Source: a virus. Taken from it: 64,000 nucleotides of DNA. The notes beneath the pieces are model-generated. The model saw only the letters and a list, made by a program, of their open reading frames with translations. It was not told the origin of the DNA and made no database searches. Positions 36,419-47,273 of this stretch are shown here, in pieces; within the stretch, counting starts at the first letter, position 1, and each line of letters begins with the position of its first letter. Position numbers and translations under genes: made by a program. Location: positions 22,857 to 86,856 of IMG/VR virus record IMGVR_UViG_3300017917_001903. The stretch is one strand, 5' to 3'.

Positions 36419-36887
36419 TTTCTAGCCCCATTTGTTTTTTGCAGTATCGCGCAAGTGCAAGCTCTTTGCTAAATGCTTCACGTTCCCACGGACTATCTCT
36501 GTACGGGTCAGCTTTTTTGCGTATGCGCCATATTTTCCCTCGCCACGCATCAAAACCCCTAATCGTAGATATATCACGTTTTAGATACTGCTTTGCATGA
36601 ATCATTTCGTGCGCAAGTGTACGTAGCATTAGTCCAAAACGCTTACGTCTAGCTAACACTATGTCTATAGTCCAATACCCGTTTTTGAACTCACCAATGC
36701 AAGTACCTTGGGCATCACCGTCAATCCACTTATTTGTAACGCGACCTAAACGAATGTTTAAAACACCGCGATGATAATTTAAGGCTAGCTTTTTGGACAT
36801 TATATTTACAGCATGTGCGATACTGTTAGCCACCGTTTTACTGTACGGTTTGCCTCCTCGCAACCCCTGTATTTTAACTGTGAGCAT
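36399..36887 (-). CDS. HEXXH zinc metallopeptidase-like protein
   Basis: TLAHEMIHAKQY...PWEREA. Confidence 0.75.
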   Translation of the reverse strand: MLTVKIQGLRGGKPYSKTVANSIAHAVNIMSKKLALNYHRGVLNIRLGRVTNKWIDGDAQGTCIGEFKNGYWTIDIVLARRKRFGLMLRTLAHEMIHAKQYLKRDISTIRGFDAWRGKIWRIRKKADPYRDSPWEREAFSKELALARYCKKQMGLENEDLSV

Positions 36888-36933
36888 ACGGTCTCTCCGC
36901 AGAATGTCCTCACTAGTATTTATCTGTTTTTAT

Positions 36934-37016
36934 TGGTGCCCCAGGAGGGACTCGAACCCCCACCCTTTCGGAGCGGATTTTGAGTCCGCTGCGTCTACCA
37001 ATTTCACCACTGGGGC
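36934..37016 (-). tRNA. tRNA-Leu (CAA)
   Basis: GCCCCAG...GCGGACTCAAAATCCGC...CTGGGGCACCA. Confidence 0.94.
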
Positions 37017-37108
37017 TGGTACCTCGGGCCGGAGTCGAACCGACATTGGCCAATTATCTGTTGCACACGGGATATAAATCCGCTGTTTTACCGTTAAACT
37101 ACCGAGGC
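37017..37108 (-). tRNA. tRNA with UAU anticodon (Ile) and 22-nt variable arm
   Basis: GCCTCGG/CCGAGGT-ACCA; GTTT/AAAC D stem; GCGGA-TTTATAT-CCCGT; GTCGG-TTCGACT-CCGGC. Confidence 0.8.
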
Positions 37109-37198
37109 ATAGAACTGCTACTTTAGAGTACTCTAAAGCAAACTTTTAGTTCATATTCGGTGAGTATTAACAGTCATCATCTTACTAGTATTTAGTAC

Positions 37199-37693
<495 letters not shown>

Positions 37694-37728
37694 AATGCTA
37701 TTATAGCAGATCTAGAACACATGTCAAC

Positions 37729-38754
37729 CTAGAAATCAAATCTATATAAATTACACGGTTCTAAATTATTATCAATTATCAATTTCTGGGCTTGATCAAG
37801 AATTTTAGAAATTTTACCTTTTTGGTGATCACCAGAAGTTTTAGTAGCTATGTTTTTAGCCCATGGTTGCGATAATATCAGATCATACAAAGGATGTCTA
37901 TATAGCTTATCAAATTGATTGTAAATACCAGTTTCCTGTGCAAGCATCTTTTTAACTGTTTCAAACCCTGTTGCTTTATATAATGGCGGCATTAACTTAG
38001 CGCCTAACAGACTATAGTAATGTTGCTTGTATAGGTAGTTTGAATCCTGATATGAGCTCAGTTCTGCAAAATAGGTATTGCACTGCTGAATTACATCTAA
38101 ATTAAACTTTAGCGAAAGATAGTTAGTATATTGATCCATCTTAAATGGATCCTTAATCACTGGTATATTACTTTCGACAGCAAAGTTGTAAAAAGCACAT
38201 AAATTATTAACTATAAATCCTTTGTGAGAATTTACCAAAGACATACTGTTTTTAGCCAAGTCATATTTAACAATTGTAGGGTCACCTCCCAAGATGCACA
38301 CATTGTTAGCAGCGAGTTCTAGCATCTTAATTTGTGCTGTAATTTGAGGGCTCCCTGTGCGGTATTTCAAACCAATGCTAACATATTCCTCGCTTTCAAA
38401 CAGTTCTTTAAGATCAAGCACAAACATACGATATGTGAGATCGTTTAAATTAGCATATCGCTGAGCAGCCAAAACGTCGTGGGCATTTACAGTAACATCG
38501 CCCCAACGCATGTCACAGATAACTGTATCAATGCTGACCTTTAATGTCTTTAAAAGATGTAGAGAAAATTGACTATCTAAACCCCCGCTTAAAAACAGTT
38601 GGCATTCTTTAATATTCTTGAACTTTTCAGCCCAAATATCATACAGTGTTATATTGTTACCCGGGTCTGCATAAAAGGATACTACGCTTGTTGTTGAGTA
38701 ATCTACTTGTATTGCAGCCGGATCACCAATTTGTAAGATATTGTTAGACATCAA
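37729..38754 (-). CDS. PP-loop (asparagine synthase-like) protein
   Basis: FLSGGLDSQ. Confidence 0.55.
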   Translation of the reverse strand: MMSNNILQIGDPAAIQVDYSTTSVVSFYADPGNNITLYDIWAEKFKNIKECQLFLSGGLDSQFSLHLLKTLKVSIDTVICDMRWGDVTVNAHDVLAAQRYANLNDLTYRMFVLDLKELFESEEYVSIGLKYRTGSPQITAQIKMLELAANNVCILGGDPTIVKYDLAKNSMSLVNSHKGFIVNNLCAFYNFAVESNIPVIKDPFKMDQYTNYLSLKFNLDVIQQCNTYFAELSSYQDSNYLYKQHYYSLLGAKLMPPLYKATGFETVKKMLAQETGIYNQFDKLYRHPLYDLILSQPWAKNIATKTSGDHQKGKISKILDQAQKLIIDNNLEPCNLYRFDF

Positions 38755-38831
38755 TTTTTCTCTCTCGCATGCGCTGATATGATAAATACTTATAACTGAA
38801 CTGTAAAAGTTTAATATAATTTGGAGCTCAA

Positions 38832-40379
38832 ATGGCTAGATATATCGTAACATTAGACCCTGCGATTCATGCTAATGAAACTGAGGCTGAAGCTGCTATA
38901 GCATCAGCCGGTGCTACATTGCTTAAATCCTTTAACTTTAACCAGACTTTCTTAATTGAAGCTTCTAACGAGCAGAAGTCTGCAATTGTTGGTTTAGCAA
39001 GTAGTGAATTAGCGGATTCCCCGTTGCAGGTTTCACTACAAGTGTTAAACATTGATCACTTGAAATTAACACTATTAAGTGATGATGGTGAGCTTGTTCC
39101 AGCAACGTACAACCCAATGAATAGAGGTGCCGGACAGCACATTTATTTGGTTGATACTGGTGTTAGAGCAACACACGAACAATTCACCGGTGTATCTATT
39201 AATAACCTATATTCAAACTTTACCGGTAACGATGCATATGATGAGTTTGGTGACACAACAGGTCACGGAACTATTGTAGCTAGTGTGATTGTTGGTAAAG
39301 ACTTAGGTCCAGCCAAAGATGCTACATTACATAACGTAAAACTTTTTAATTCTGGTTCTGACACTAGTACTGTTGTAGAGATTGTGGATGCGCTAGATGC
39401 TGTATTACAGCATCACTTAGCAAACAGCCCTTCTCAAGCAAAGGTTGTGTGTATGCCATGGATTGCAACAAGAAACGCATTCATTGATAGTAAGGTGCTA
39501 GAAATGAATTCGTCAAACCTTGTTGTAGTTGCTGCTGCCGGTAATAATGGTGCAGACGTATCAGATTATTCACCGGCTGGTATCAGACAAATTATCACAG
39601 TAGGTGCGTTTGACAGCCAATTTGCTGTAGGCCCATTTGTTAACATGCCATGGGATAACACAAACGCTGTAACTACATATAATAACTACGGTGCCGAGAT
39701 TGATATTTTTGCTATGGGTGTTAATGTGTATACCGCATCAGGTACTTCTGACACAGCCTACTTAGATACAGCAACAGGTACCAGTGTCTCATCAGGTATC
39801 ACTGCTGGTGTTGCTGCACAATATATTGCAAGGTACCCATCATATAACTCAGCTAAAATCAAAGATGTCATGCTACAAGAAGGTCACCTCTTAGGTATGG
39901 ACTTACTTGCGTTTAATCAAGTCCCAGCTGGTGTAGATTACACAACAGTAAACAAATCTATTGTTGTATTTGATGAACTTAACGAAGAAATGCTAACTAC
40001 TCTACCGTCAGGCAGAATTGCAACACTAGCAGTTGGCCAAACTACAACTGTAAACTTAGGTTTAAATAGTTCAGCAACCGAAGTTAGTGCATTAGACTTT
40101 GCTCCGCTACCACCATTTGCTACATTTGATACAGCAACTGGTATTGTTTCAATTAACACATCAACAGTTGATTCTAGCGTTGTACCAGGTTCATTTGTAT
40201 TTGCTATCAAAGGCAAGATCAACGGTGTAACCAAAGTTGAAGAATTTAGTATTGCAGTGTACAACACTAGCGAAACTGAAATTGAAGGTTCATCACAGTA
40301 TTATTATGATGCTGACTCAAACGCATACGATCCTGTTGTTAGCTTCCAAGTAGCACCAGGAAACGTTGCTAAAAACTAA
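38832..40379 (+). CDS. Subtilisin-like S8 serine protease with propeptide and C-terminal beta domain
   Basis: YLVDTG, GHGTIVAS, AAGNNG, GTSVS; late promoter GATAAATA at 38781. Confidence 0.9.
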   Translation: MARYIVTLDPAIHANETEAEAAIASAGATLLKSFNFNQTFLIEASNEQKSAIVGLASSELADSPLQVSLQVLNIDHLKLTLLSDDGELVPATYNPMNRGAGQHIYLVDTGVRATHEQFTGVSINNLYSNFTGNDAYDEFGDTTGHGTIVASVIVGKDLGPAKDATLHNVKLFNSGSDTSTVVEIVDALDAVLQHHLANSPSQAKVVCMPWIATRNAFIDSKVLEMNSSNLVVVAAAGNNGADVSDYSPAGIRQIITVGAFDSQFAVGPFVNMPWDNTNAVTTYNNYGAEIDIFAMGVNVYTASGTSDTAYLDTATGTSVSSGITAGVAAQYIARYPSYNSAKIKDVMLQEGHLLGMDLLAFNQVPAGVDYTTVNKSIVVFDELNEEMLTTLPSGRIATLAVGQTTTVNLGLNSSATEVSALDFAPLPPFATFDTATGIVSINTSTVDSSVVPGSFVFAIKGKINGVTKVEEFSIAVYNTSETEIEGSSQYYYDADSNAYDPVVSFQVAPGNVAKN

Positions 40380-40401
40380 ACCAAAAGTTAAATTTTGATA
40401 G

Positions 40402-40434
40402 AAAAACCGCGCTAAATACTAGTGCGGTTTTTTT
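40402..40434 (+). terminator. Terminator hairpin containing a late-promoter-like CTAAATA
   Basis: AAAAACCGCGCTA-AATAC-TAGTGCGGTTTTTTT directly followed by ATG. Confidence 0.7.
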
Positions 40435-41394
40435 ATGATCACAGTTGATATAACTACAAAGAATACAGTGTTTGATCCATTATCTGGGCAAGGTAGTTGG
40501 ATTCAACATCGGTTTGGGCAAAGAAATTATCCTTGCTTAGATTTAAATCTCGATTGTATAACAGAAATTATAAATTCACATGATATAATATTTTTGCGAT
40601 CTGTATACGGCGATCCGTTATGCCACCCTGAAATCAAAGAAATTATTGGCGTCGCCAATAAGATGCGCAAAACTCTAATCATATTCTCTTATCTCAATAC
40701 CAGCAACAGTGAGGTGCTAGATCAAATCCTACAGTCTGAAACTGTGTCTGTGTACGTGCCCGTAGATGGATTTGAGAATTATGGGTGTACAATACTAGAT
40801 TCAAATAAGTCAACAGTGTTTGAAAATCTAATCAAATTAGGATCAAAAGCTACTGTTGAATTCTTATTATATAGTTACAATATCAATGATTTAAAAGATT
40901 TAAGAGAATTTTGTGATACTCACGGTTGTTTATTAAAAACTCATCCTGGGAGAAACTTTGGGTTACCTGTTACATCAATTGTTAACAAAGACGGACATTG
41001 GTTATATGATGTGTTTCCGTTGACTTCAGAATTGGATGCAATTTGGGATAATCGTGTTAAAGAAAAAACAGTTGAAGGTTATAGATCACTACTAGACTAC
41101 GTGGGTAAAATCGAGGGTATTTCAATATTGGATGATCCGGCTATAACAAAAATATTCAAGACTGACGAATCGTTTAATGATGACATGCCTGCTGTTTCTG
41201 TTACAGGGCATGTATTTAAAAATACAGAATCAATGTTTGCATTTTCAAATGCATTATGTACAGACTGGGCTATTAATACCAGTACCTTGTCAAAGCAGAA
41301 ACATCAGCTAGACAACTATACTATTTTAATTGGAAAAACTTTAAATGAAATACTAGATAAAGGATTACAACGTTTTAGTAATAGCAATATCTGA
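40435..41394 (+). CDS. Degenerate radical-SAM-like protein (no CxxxCxxC)
   Basis: YGDPLCHP, VDG...NLIK and N.....R patterns of rSAM barrels. Confidence 0.45.
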   Translation: MITVDITTKNTVFDPLSGQGSWIQHRFGQRNYPCLDLNLDCITEIINSHDIIFLRSVYGDPLCHPEIKEIIGVANKMRKTLIIFSYLNTSNSEVLDQILQSETVSVYVPVDGFENYGCTILDSNKSTVFENLIKLGSKATVEFLLYSYNINDLKDLREFCDTHGCLLKTHPGRNFGLPVTSIVNKDGHWLYDVFPLTSELDAIWDNRVKEKTVEGYRSLLDYVGKIEGISILDDPAITKIFKTDESFNDDMPAVSVTGHVFKNTESMFAFSNALCTDWAINTSTLSKQKHQLDNYTILIGKTLNEILDKGLQRFSNSNI

Positions 41395-42381
41395 AATGTT
41401 ATTACAAAATTCATATGGGCATTCTGTTTCGGTAACAGGCAATACCCAATTATCTAAGTTAGATATATTACCAAAGTGCTTGGCACCACACCAGCTACTA
41501 TAGATATCTCCCGTAGCATCAATATTAATGCTTTCAAATCCTAAGTGGCAGCGCATGCCCTTAAACTTGTTTAAGCCTTCATTTACAATCTGATGGCTTT
41601 GTACGTACTTGGCGGTCCCGTCATCAAATAAGAATTCTGTCATCCAGGCAGTAGGATCTGGCGGAGGAGGGGTTGCTGCATTAGGATCTGGCAGTGGTGC
41701 AGGTCTAGGTTTAATACCAGGTCTGCGTAAAACTTCTTGTTCTGCATCGGTGTAGGGCCAATATGTTTCCTGCTTGCTGTTACGTCCAAGCAATTTAGCA
41801 TACATTGTTTTGACACAGATACTTACGTTGTCGTATCTATTGCGATCGCAGTCTAAGAACAAGTTTCGAATATCTTCAACATCTTGTCCTAATTGCTCTA
41901 CCTGACCAGCTATACCAGCTATGTTAATGTCAATGGTAACATCGTGTTTGATTTCGTTAATAACGTTAACAAGATGTTCTTTGCTCATACTCTGAGGGTG
42001 CCAGGTAATTACAACACCGTCTAGATATTCTTTGGCTTTACTCCACCAATTAATAGTTCTGCTTGCATTGGTGAATACACAACTATGCGTATTGTACTCA
42101 GCTATCTTGCGTATAATATCTTCAAAGCCACGCATAACAGTGACTTCTCCGCCGATGATTTCAAAGTCAACTCTTTTGCCTATACTGTTGTAATGAGAAC
42201 AGATGCGGTCGACTGTGCCTAGATATGCATCTAGTGGTAACCAAGGTTTAGATCCATCGTGCAATATTGGCGGGCAATACTCACATTCAAAGTTGCATTG
42301 GTTACCCATGTTCCATTGAACACGGATATTATCCATTGGGCCACGTGCATGAGGACCACGAACGGATACAAGCCTTGCCAT
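41365..42381 (-). CDS. Radical SAM protein with SPASM/twitch domain
   Basis: CNFECEYC, GGEVT, FTNAS; C..G...I...GDIY..WC. Confidence 0.88.
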   Translation of the reverse strand: MARLVSVRGPHARGPMDNIRVQWNMGNQCNFECEYCPPILHDGSKPWLPLDAYLGTVDRICSHYNSIGKRVDFEIIGGEVTVMRGFEDIIRKIAEYNTHSCVFTNASRTINWWSKAKEYLDGVVITWHPQSMSKEHLVNVINEIKHDVTIDINIAGIAGQVEQLGQDVEDIRNLFLDCDRNRYDNVSICVKTMYAKLLGRNSKQETYWPYTDAEQEVLRRPGIKPRPAPLPDPNAATPPPPDPTAWMTEFLFDDGTAKYVQSHQIVNEGLNKFKGMRCHLGFESINIDATGDIYSSWCGAKHFGNISNLDNWVLPVTETECPYEFCNNISDIAITKTL

Positions 42382-42656
42382 TAATTCCCTATAAAGACAT
42401 CAATTGAGCCAGTTGTAACCTGATGAGAACAGCTAGCAGCACTAATAGTTTGTACTGTTGCTGGTCGATTTTCAAAATATACTGTTGTGCTACCATTAGC
42501 AATAGTAGCTGCGGTATGAGGTGCTTCGCCATGTGGTCCTACACCGTCGCCTTGTACACTGGCAATAATATTGTTTACCATAACAGAAGGAGCACCTGGG
42601 CCTGTGATAACCCCTGCGGATGCTAAATCTGTTTGTATTCTTGCTACGCCTGGCAT
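42381..42656 (-). CDS. PAAR spike-tip protein (gp5.4-like)
   Basis: MPGVAR..D, GD...H..PH, GSTTV..ENRPA, CSH...GS.DVFIG. Confidence 0.85.
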   Translation of the reverse strand: MPGVARIQTDLASAGVITGPGAPSVMVNNIIASVQGDGVGPHGEAPHTAATIANGSTTVYFENRPATVQTISAASCSHQVTTGSIDVFIGN

Positions 42657-42664
42657 ACGATTAT

Positions 42665-43009
42665 TTATGCTTCTTCGAGTGTTTCTTCATCACTGTCAGC
42701 AGTGGAATCAAGCTCTCGCTTGATTTCTTCTTCGGCGCAAATCATATCTAAATAGTCGTTTGCACTAGTTTCAATTGTCTTCATGACTGTTAGCAATTGG
42801 TCAGTTTGCATAAAAACTGTTTCTGTTTCAGCAGTTAGTGCAAATGGTACTAGTGCAACATCCTGGCCTGCAATAACAACAATCTTTGGATTCTTAATTG
42901 TTAGCACTGTCTTATTATCGTCTACTCCCATGAGAGTACCGATAAATTCTTCACCTTTTTGTGTCTTTAGTGTTACTACTTTTCCAAGTAGATCGTTAAT
43001 ATAGTACAT
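42665..43009 (-). CDS. Small Sm-like-fold phage protein
   Basis: GKVVTLKTQKGEEFIG. Confidence 0.55.
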   Translation of the reverse strand: MYYINDLLGKVVTLKTQKGEEFIGTLMGVDDNKTVLTIKNPKIVVIAGQDVALVPFALTAETETVFMQTDQLLTVMKTIETSANDYLDMICAEEEIKRELDSTADSDEETLEEA

Positions 43010-43024
43010 GTGTGTTTCCTGTGT

Positions 43025-43306
43025 TTATAGTGATCCCAATGATCCTACATCTAGATTTTCATTCAGCTTTTGTTTAATGCCATCAGATCCTAATTTACTT
43101 AATCCTGCATAGCCACCTTCAACAAATAATTCTGCACCTTTGTAAATTTGAGGCATTGTCTTGTGACCAGCATTAATAACAAAGTCACGTGCTTCTGGGA
43201 CTTCTTCAATGTTTACTTCATCGTATTCAATACCAGCACCTTTTAGTAGGCTTTTAGCCATTAAGCAATAGCTGCAATTATTTTTTGTGTATACTGTTAA
43301 ACTCAT
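43025..43306 (-). CDS. Glutaredoxin
   Basis: [18 protein letters not shown]. Confidence 0.9.
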   Translation of the reverse strand: MSLTVYTKNNCSYCLMAKSLLKGAGIEYDEVNIEEVPEARDFVINAGHKTMPQIYKGAELFVEGGYAGLSKLGSDGIKQKLNENLDVGSLGSL

Positions 43307-44439
43307 AGTGATAAACCTGCAAATGTATTTTCTGTAATGTCTTGTTTTGTTCCACCAATAACATAACTGCTAATTTCTGTTTCTTGCGGAGCAACTTGTA
43401 CTTCGCCGCCGGAGATCCATTTCTGTGTCCATGGCAGCGGATTAGTACCAGATGTCTTATAAGGTGCATCAATTCCCAAGGAGCGCATACGTTTAGCAGC
43501 AATCCATTCAACGTACTGCTTGAGTAGTTCGGCATTGAGCCCAATCATCGAACCATCGCGGAACAAATAATCCGCCCAGTCCTTTTCTTGTTGAACTGCT
43601 TGCATAAACATTTCCATGCATGCACCTTTTGTTTCTTCGGCAATCTTAGCAAAGTCTGGATCGTCTTGCGGTAAGACTTTTAGAATATGCTGAGTGCTAG
43701 CTAAGTGTACGTTTTCATCGCGAGCAATTAGCTTAATAATCTTGGCATTGCCTTCCATCTTCTTTAGTTCAGCAAACGCCCAGCTACATGCAAAGCTAAC
43801 ATAGAAGCGTACACCTTCTAGAATGTTTACACTCATCAAGCATAGCCATAGTTGTTTCTTTAGCTCATATAAGTCAACAACAACCTTCTTACCGTTAACT
43901 GTATGCTCGCCCTCACCTAGTAGGTTATACCAGCTGCTCATTTCAATTAGCTTATCGTAGTTCTTGCTAATGCTATCAGCACATGTGATAATCTCTTGCA
44001 TGTCCATCATCTCATCAAACACTTTGCTTGGATCTGAATAAATGTTACGAATGATGTGCGTATAGCTGCGGCTATGAATAGTTTCGCTAAATGCCCATGT
44101 TTCAATCCATGTTTCTACTTCTGGTAAACTAACAATAGGCAAGAACGCAACGTTAGGACTGCGACCTTGTACGCTGTCTAGCAGGATCTGACGCTTTAGG
44201 TTGCTGGTAAAAATATGCTGTTCGTGATCTGTTAGATCCTTAAAGTCTTTAGCATCACGAAGAATATCTACTTCTTCAGGACGCCAGAAGAAACCCAACT
44301 GCTTATCAGTTAGCTTGTCAAATTGACGATATTTAAGAACGTCGTAACGTTGCATAGTTACACCGCCGCTGGTGTCCAAGAACATAGTAGCAGTGGTGTG
44401 ATCCTTACGATTGGTAGGATCAAAAACGGAATAAGTCAT
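43303..44439 (-). CDS. nrdB: Ribonucleotide reductase class Ia beta subunit
   Basis: [44 protein letters not shown]. Confidence 0.97.
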   Translation of the reverse strand: MTYSVFDPTNRKDHTTATMFLDTSGGVTMQRYDVLKYRQFDKLTDKQLGFFWRPEEVDILRDAKDFKDLTDHEQHIFTSNLKRQILLDSVQGRSPNVAFLPIVSLPEVETWIETWAFSETIHSRSYTHIIRNIYSDPSKVFDEMMDMQEIITCADSISKNYDKLIEMSSWYNLLGEGEHTVNGKKVVVDLYELKKQLWLCLMSVNILEGVRFYVSFACSWAFAELKKMEGNAKIIKLIARDENVHLASTQHILKVLPQDDPDFAKIAEETKGACMEMFMQAVQQEKDWADYLFRDGSMIGLNAELLKQYVEWIAAKRMRSLGIDAPYKTSGTNPLPWTQKWISGGEVQVAPQETEISSYVIGGTKQDITENTFAGLSL

Positions 44440-44453
44440 AAATCTCGCCTCTA

Positions 44454-46772
44454 TTAAATTTTACAGCTATCGCAATCATCGTCCCCACTGCCAGTGTCAC
44501 TGAGGATTTCTGTTTGAGAAACTGAAGCAGATATTTTTTCAACATCGACTTCTCCTTGCCCATCGTAGGTGTTGTTGTAGTAAAGTTGCTTTCCACCATA
44601 CTTATAGAACATAATAATATGTTGCAATAGCACACTCATCGGAATCTTTTCGTCGTCAAAGAATTGTGGGTTATAGCTAGTGTTGACACTAATACCTTGG
44701 TCAATGTACTTTTGTAACACAGCACAAATCTTTAAGTAACCTTCGGGACTCTTTTGATCCCAAAGTAAATCATATTTGTTCTTTAGTCTGCGATATTCAG
44801 GTACCACTTGCTTAAGAACACCATCCTTACTTTGTTTAATGCTAACATAGCTACGTGGTGGCTCAATACCGTTGGTACTGTTACTGATCTGTGCAGATGT
44901 TTCTGCTGGCATTAGTGCCATTAGTGTACTGTTACGTACACCATACTGCTTTAGATCCTTACGTAGAGTTTTCCAGTCCATGCGCTCTCGGTGCTTGACC
45001 AGTTCATCTACTTCCTTCTTGTAGGTCATATTAGGCGTAATACCTTCAGCATACTTGGTTTCGTTGCTCTTTAGACATGCACCCTTTTCTTGTGCTAGCT
45101 TTACGCTAGCCTTAATTAGATAGTAACTCCATGCTTCGGCCCACTCGTCAACTAGTTCTAAGTTTGGATTCTGATAGTTAGTATCATTCTTAGCAAGCCA
45201 ATAAGCAAAGTTAATGATACCAACACCCAGTGGACGACGATTCATTGTACTCAGGTGTGCGGCAATAACTGGATAGCTTTGGTAGTCTAGCAACTCATCT
45301 AGCGCACGTACTGCTAGTTCGCAAGGTTTCTCAAAGTCTGCTGGAGTCTTAATGTTACCCCAGTTAATTGCGCTTAGTGTACAGAGACTAATTTCACCTT
45401 CTGGATCATTGATATCCGTAAGAGGCTTAGTTGGAAGATTGATTTCACAGCAAAGATTACTTTGGCGAATAGGTGCAAGGTCTTCCTTAAATGCGCCATG
45501 ACTGTTAGCATGGTCAACATTCATCAAGTAGATTCGGCCTGTGTCTTTGCGCTCAGTAACAAACGCACTAAACAACTCAACCGCTTTCATTGTCTTTTTG
45601 CGAATTCGTGAATTCTTTTCTGCTGCTTCGTATAGCTCGCGGAATTTTTCTTGATCGTTAAAGAAAGCATCATACAAACCCGGAACGTCGTTGGGTGACA
45701 TCAGTGTAATTTCGCCACCAGTTAGTAGACGCTCATACATCAGCTTGTTGAACTGTACGCCATAGTCCATATGACGAACACGATTATCTTCTGTGCCTTT
45801 GTTGTTCTTTAGTACCAGTAGATCTTCTACTTCGTAGTGCCAGATTGGATAGTAGAGTGTTGCTGCTCCGCCTCTGACTCCACCTTGCGAGCAGCTCTTG
45901 ACCGCGCTCTGGAAGTGCTTATAGAACGGTATGACACCAGTGTGGCTAGCATCACCGTTCCGAATGGGAGAGCCAATAGCCCTAATGCGACCGGCGCCGA
46001 TACCAATTCCTGCTTTTTGAGATACGTACTTAACGATTGAAGATGCTGTCGCATTGATTGAGTCCAAACTGTCATCTGTTTCAATTAGCACACATGAGCT
46101 AAATTGACGTTGTGGTGTTCTAACACCAGCCATAATGGGAGTAGGCAAGCTGATGTCAAAGGTACTAGTAGCATCGTAAAAATCTTTTACAAACTGCATA
46201 CGTGTTTCTTTAGGATAACGCCCAAATAATGTAGCAGCGATCATCATGTACGCTACTTGTGGTGTTTCAAAGATTTGCTTGGCAGCGCGATTCTGTACAA
46301 GATACTTGCCACGGAATTGTTCCATGGCTGCATATGTTAAAAGGTTATCGCGGTCATGCTTGATATAAGCGTCTAGCTCATTGATCTCTTCAACTGTATA
46401 TAGATCGAGAATTTCCTTGTCGTAGAAACCTTTAGCAATATTTGTCTTAATAATATCCACTAGTGGCGGCGGCAGAAATTCGCCGTATACGTGCTTGCGC
46501 AAATGGTAGTTAATCAGTCTGCCTGCAACATACTGATAGTTTGGGGTTTCTTCAGTAATAAGGTCGGCTGCACTCTTAATAAGAGTTTCTTGAATATCAC
46601 TGCTGGTAATGCCATTGTAAAATTGGATATGGCTTTTGATTTCAACTTCGCTTGGACTTACACCTGTAATACCATCGCATGCATAAAAGACTACTTTATG
46701 AAGTTTATCTAGATTTAATTCTTCCTTGGTTCCGTTTCTTTTTGTAATAAGAATAGACTTTGACATATGCAT
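44454..46772 (-). CDS. nrdA: Ribonucleotide reductase class Ia alpha subunit with ATP cone
   Basis: ITKRNG, QFSSC, SNLCCEI, MPAETS, LYY, C-terminal CDSCKI. Confidence 0.97.
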   Translation of the reverse strand: MHMSKSILITKRNGTKEELNLDKLHKVVFYACDGITGVSPSEVEIKSHIQFYNGITSSDIQETLIKSAADLITEETPNYQYVAGRLINYHLRKHVYGEFLPPPLVDIIKTNIAKGFYDKEILDLYTVEEINELDAYIKHDRDNLLTYAAMEQFRGKYLVQNRAAKQIFETPQVAYMMIAATLFGRYPKETRMQFVKDFYDATSTFDISLPTPIMAGVRTPQRQFSSCVLIETDDSLDSINATASSIVKYVSQKAGIGIGAGRIRAIGSPIRNGDASHTGVIPFYKHFQSAVKSCSQGGVRGGAATLYYPIWHYEVEDLLVLKNNKGTEDNRVRHMDYGVQFNKLMYERLLTGGEITLMSPNDVPGLYDAFFNDQEKFRELYEAAEKNSRIRKKTMKAVELFSAFVTERKDTGRIYLMNVDHANSHGAFKEDLAPIRQSNLCCEINLPTKPLTDINDPEGEISLCTLSAINWGNIKTPADFEKPCELAVRALDELLDYQSYPVIAAHLSTMNRRPLGVGIINFAYWLAKNDTNYQNPNLELVDEWAEAWSYYLIKASVKLAQEKGACLKSNETKYAEGITPNMTYKKEVDELVKHRERMDWKTLRKDLKQYGVRNSTLMALMPAETSAQISNSTNGIEPPRSYVSIKQSKDGVLKQVVPEYRRLKNKYDLLWDQKSPEGYLKICAVLQKYIDQGISVNTSYNPQFFDDEKIPMSVLLQHIIMFYKYGGKQLYYNNTYDGQGEVDVEKISASVSQTEILSDTGSGDDDCDSCKI

Positions 46773-46824
46773 CCTGTGTTATTATAGTGTTCGTTTTTAA
46801 TTATAGATGATAATACTTATCATG

Positions 46825-47262
46825 TCAACAACAAAGTTTATCTGCTGCTATAATATGTTCAGCAAACTTTGTTGAATTAGAAGCCACAAATTCTTTGTCT
46901 ACAATCTTTCCTGGGAGAAAGTTGTAGTACAAACCATTGTGTTCGAGGATTAACCCATCGGCTCCTGTGATATGATTACTTACCACTTCAAAGTGCAAGT
47001 CAGGGGATTTTATGATGCCCAAGTGTATTAAGGTTGCGGTCATAACCAAGGTCAAACCGCTCTGGCAAAAGTATCCGTTTTTAACTATTTCAAAAACGTC
47101 AAGCCATTCTTCGGGTGTGTAATAATCTATATATCGTGTTGTTAGTTTAACTTCAGCAAAGGCGTCAACTATAGCTTCTGCTGATCCATCTTTGGGAAAA
47201 TTTTGCCTGAATGATCTCCATGCTGCTAGGCGAGCAGTTGGACTCTGTGTCTTTGTAAACAT
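46825..47262 (-). CDS. Hypothetical protein
   Basis: ARLAAWRSFR...YYTPEEW. Confidence 0.65.
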   Translation of the reverse strand: MFTKTQSPTARLAAWRSFRQNFPKDGSAEAIVDAFAEVKLTTRYIDYYTPEEWLDVFEIVKNGYFCQSGLTLVMTATLIHLGIIKSPDLHFEVVSNHITGADGLILEHNGLYYNFLPGKIVDKEFVASNSTKFAEHIIAADKLCC

Positions 47263-47273
47263 AACTTTCCATT

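Noticed and set aside
43303-46772. Introns or inteins in nrdA/nrdB
   Set aside because: Both ORFs are continuous and of normal length.
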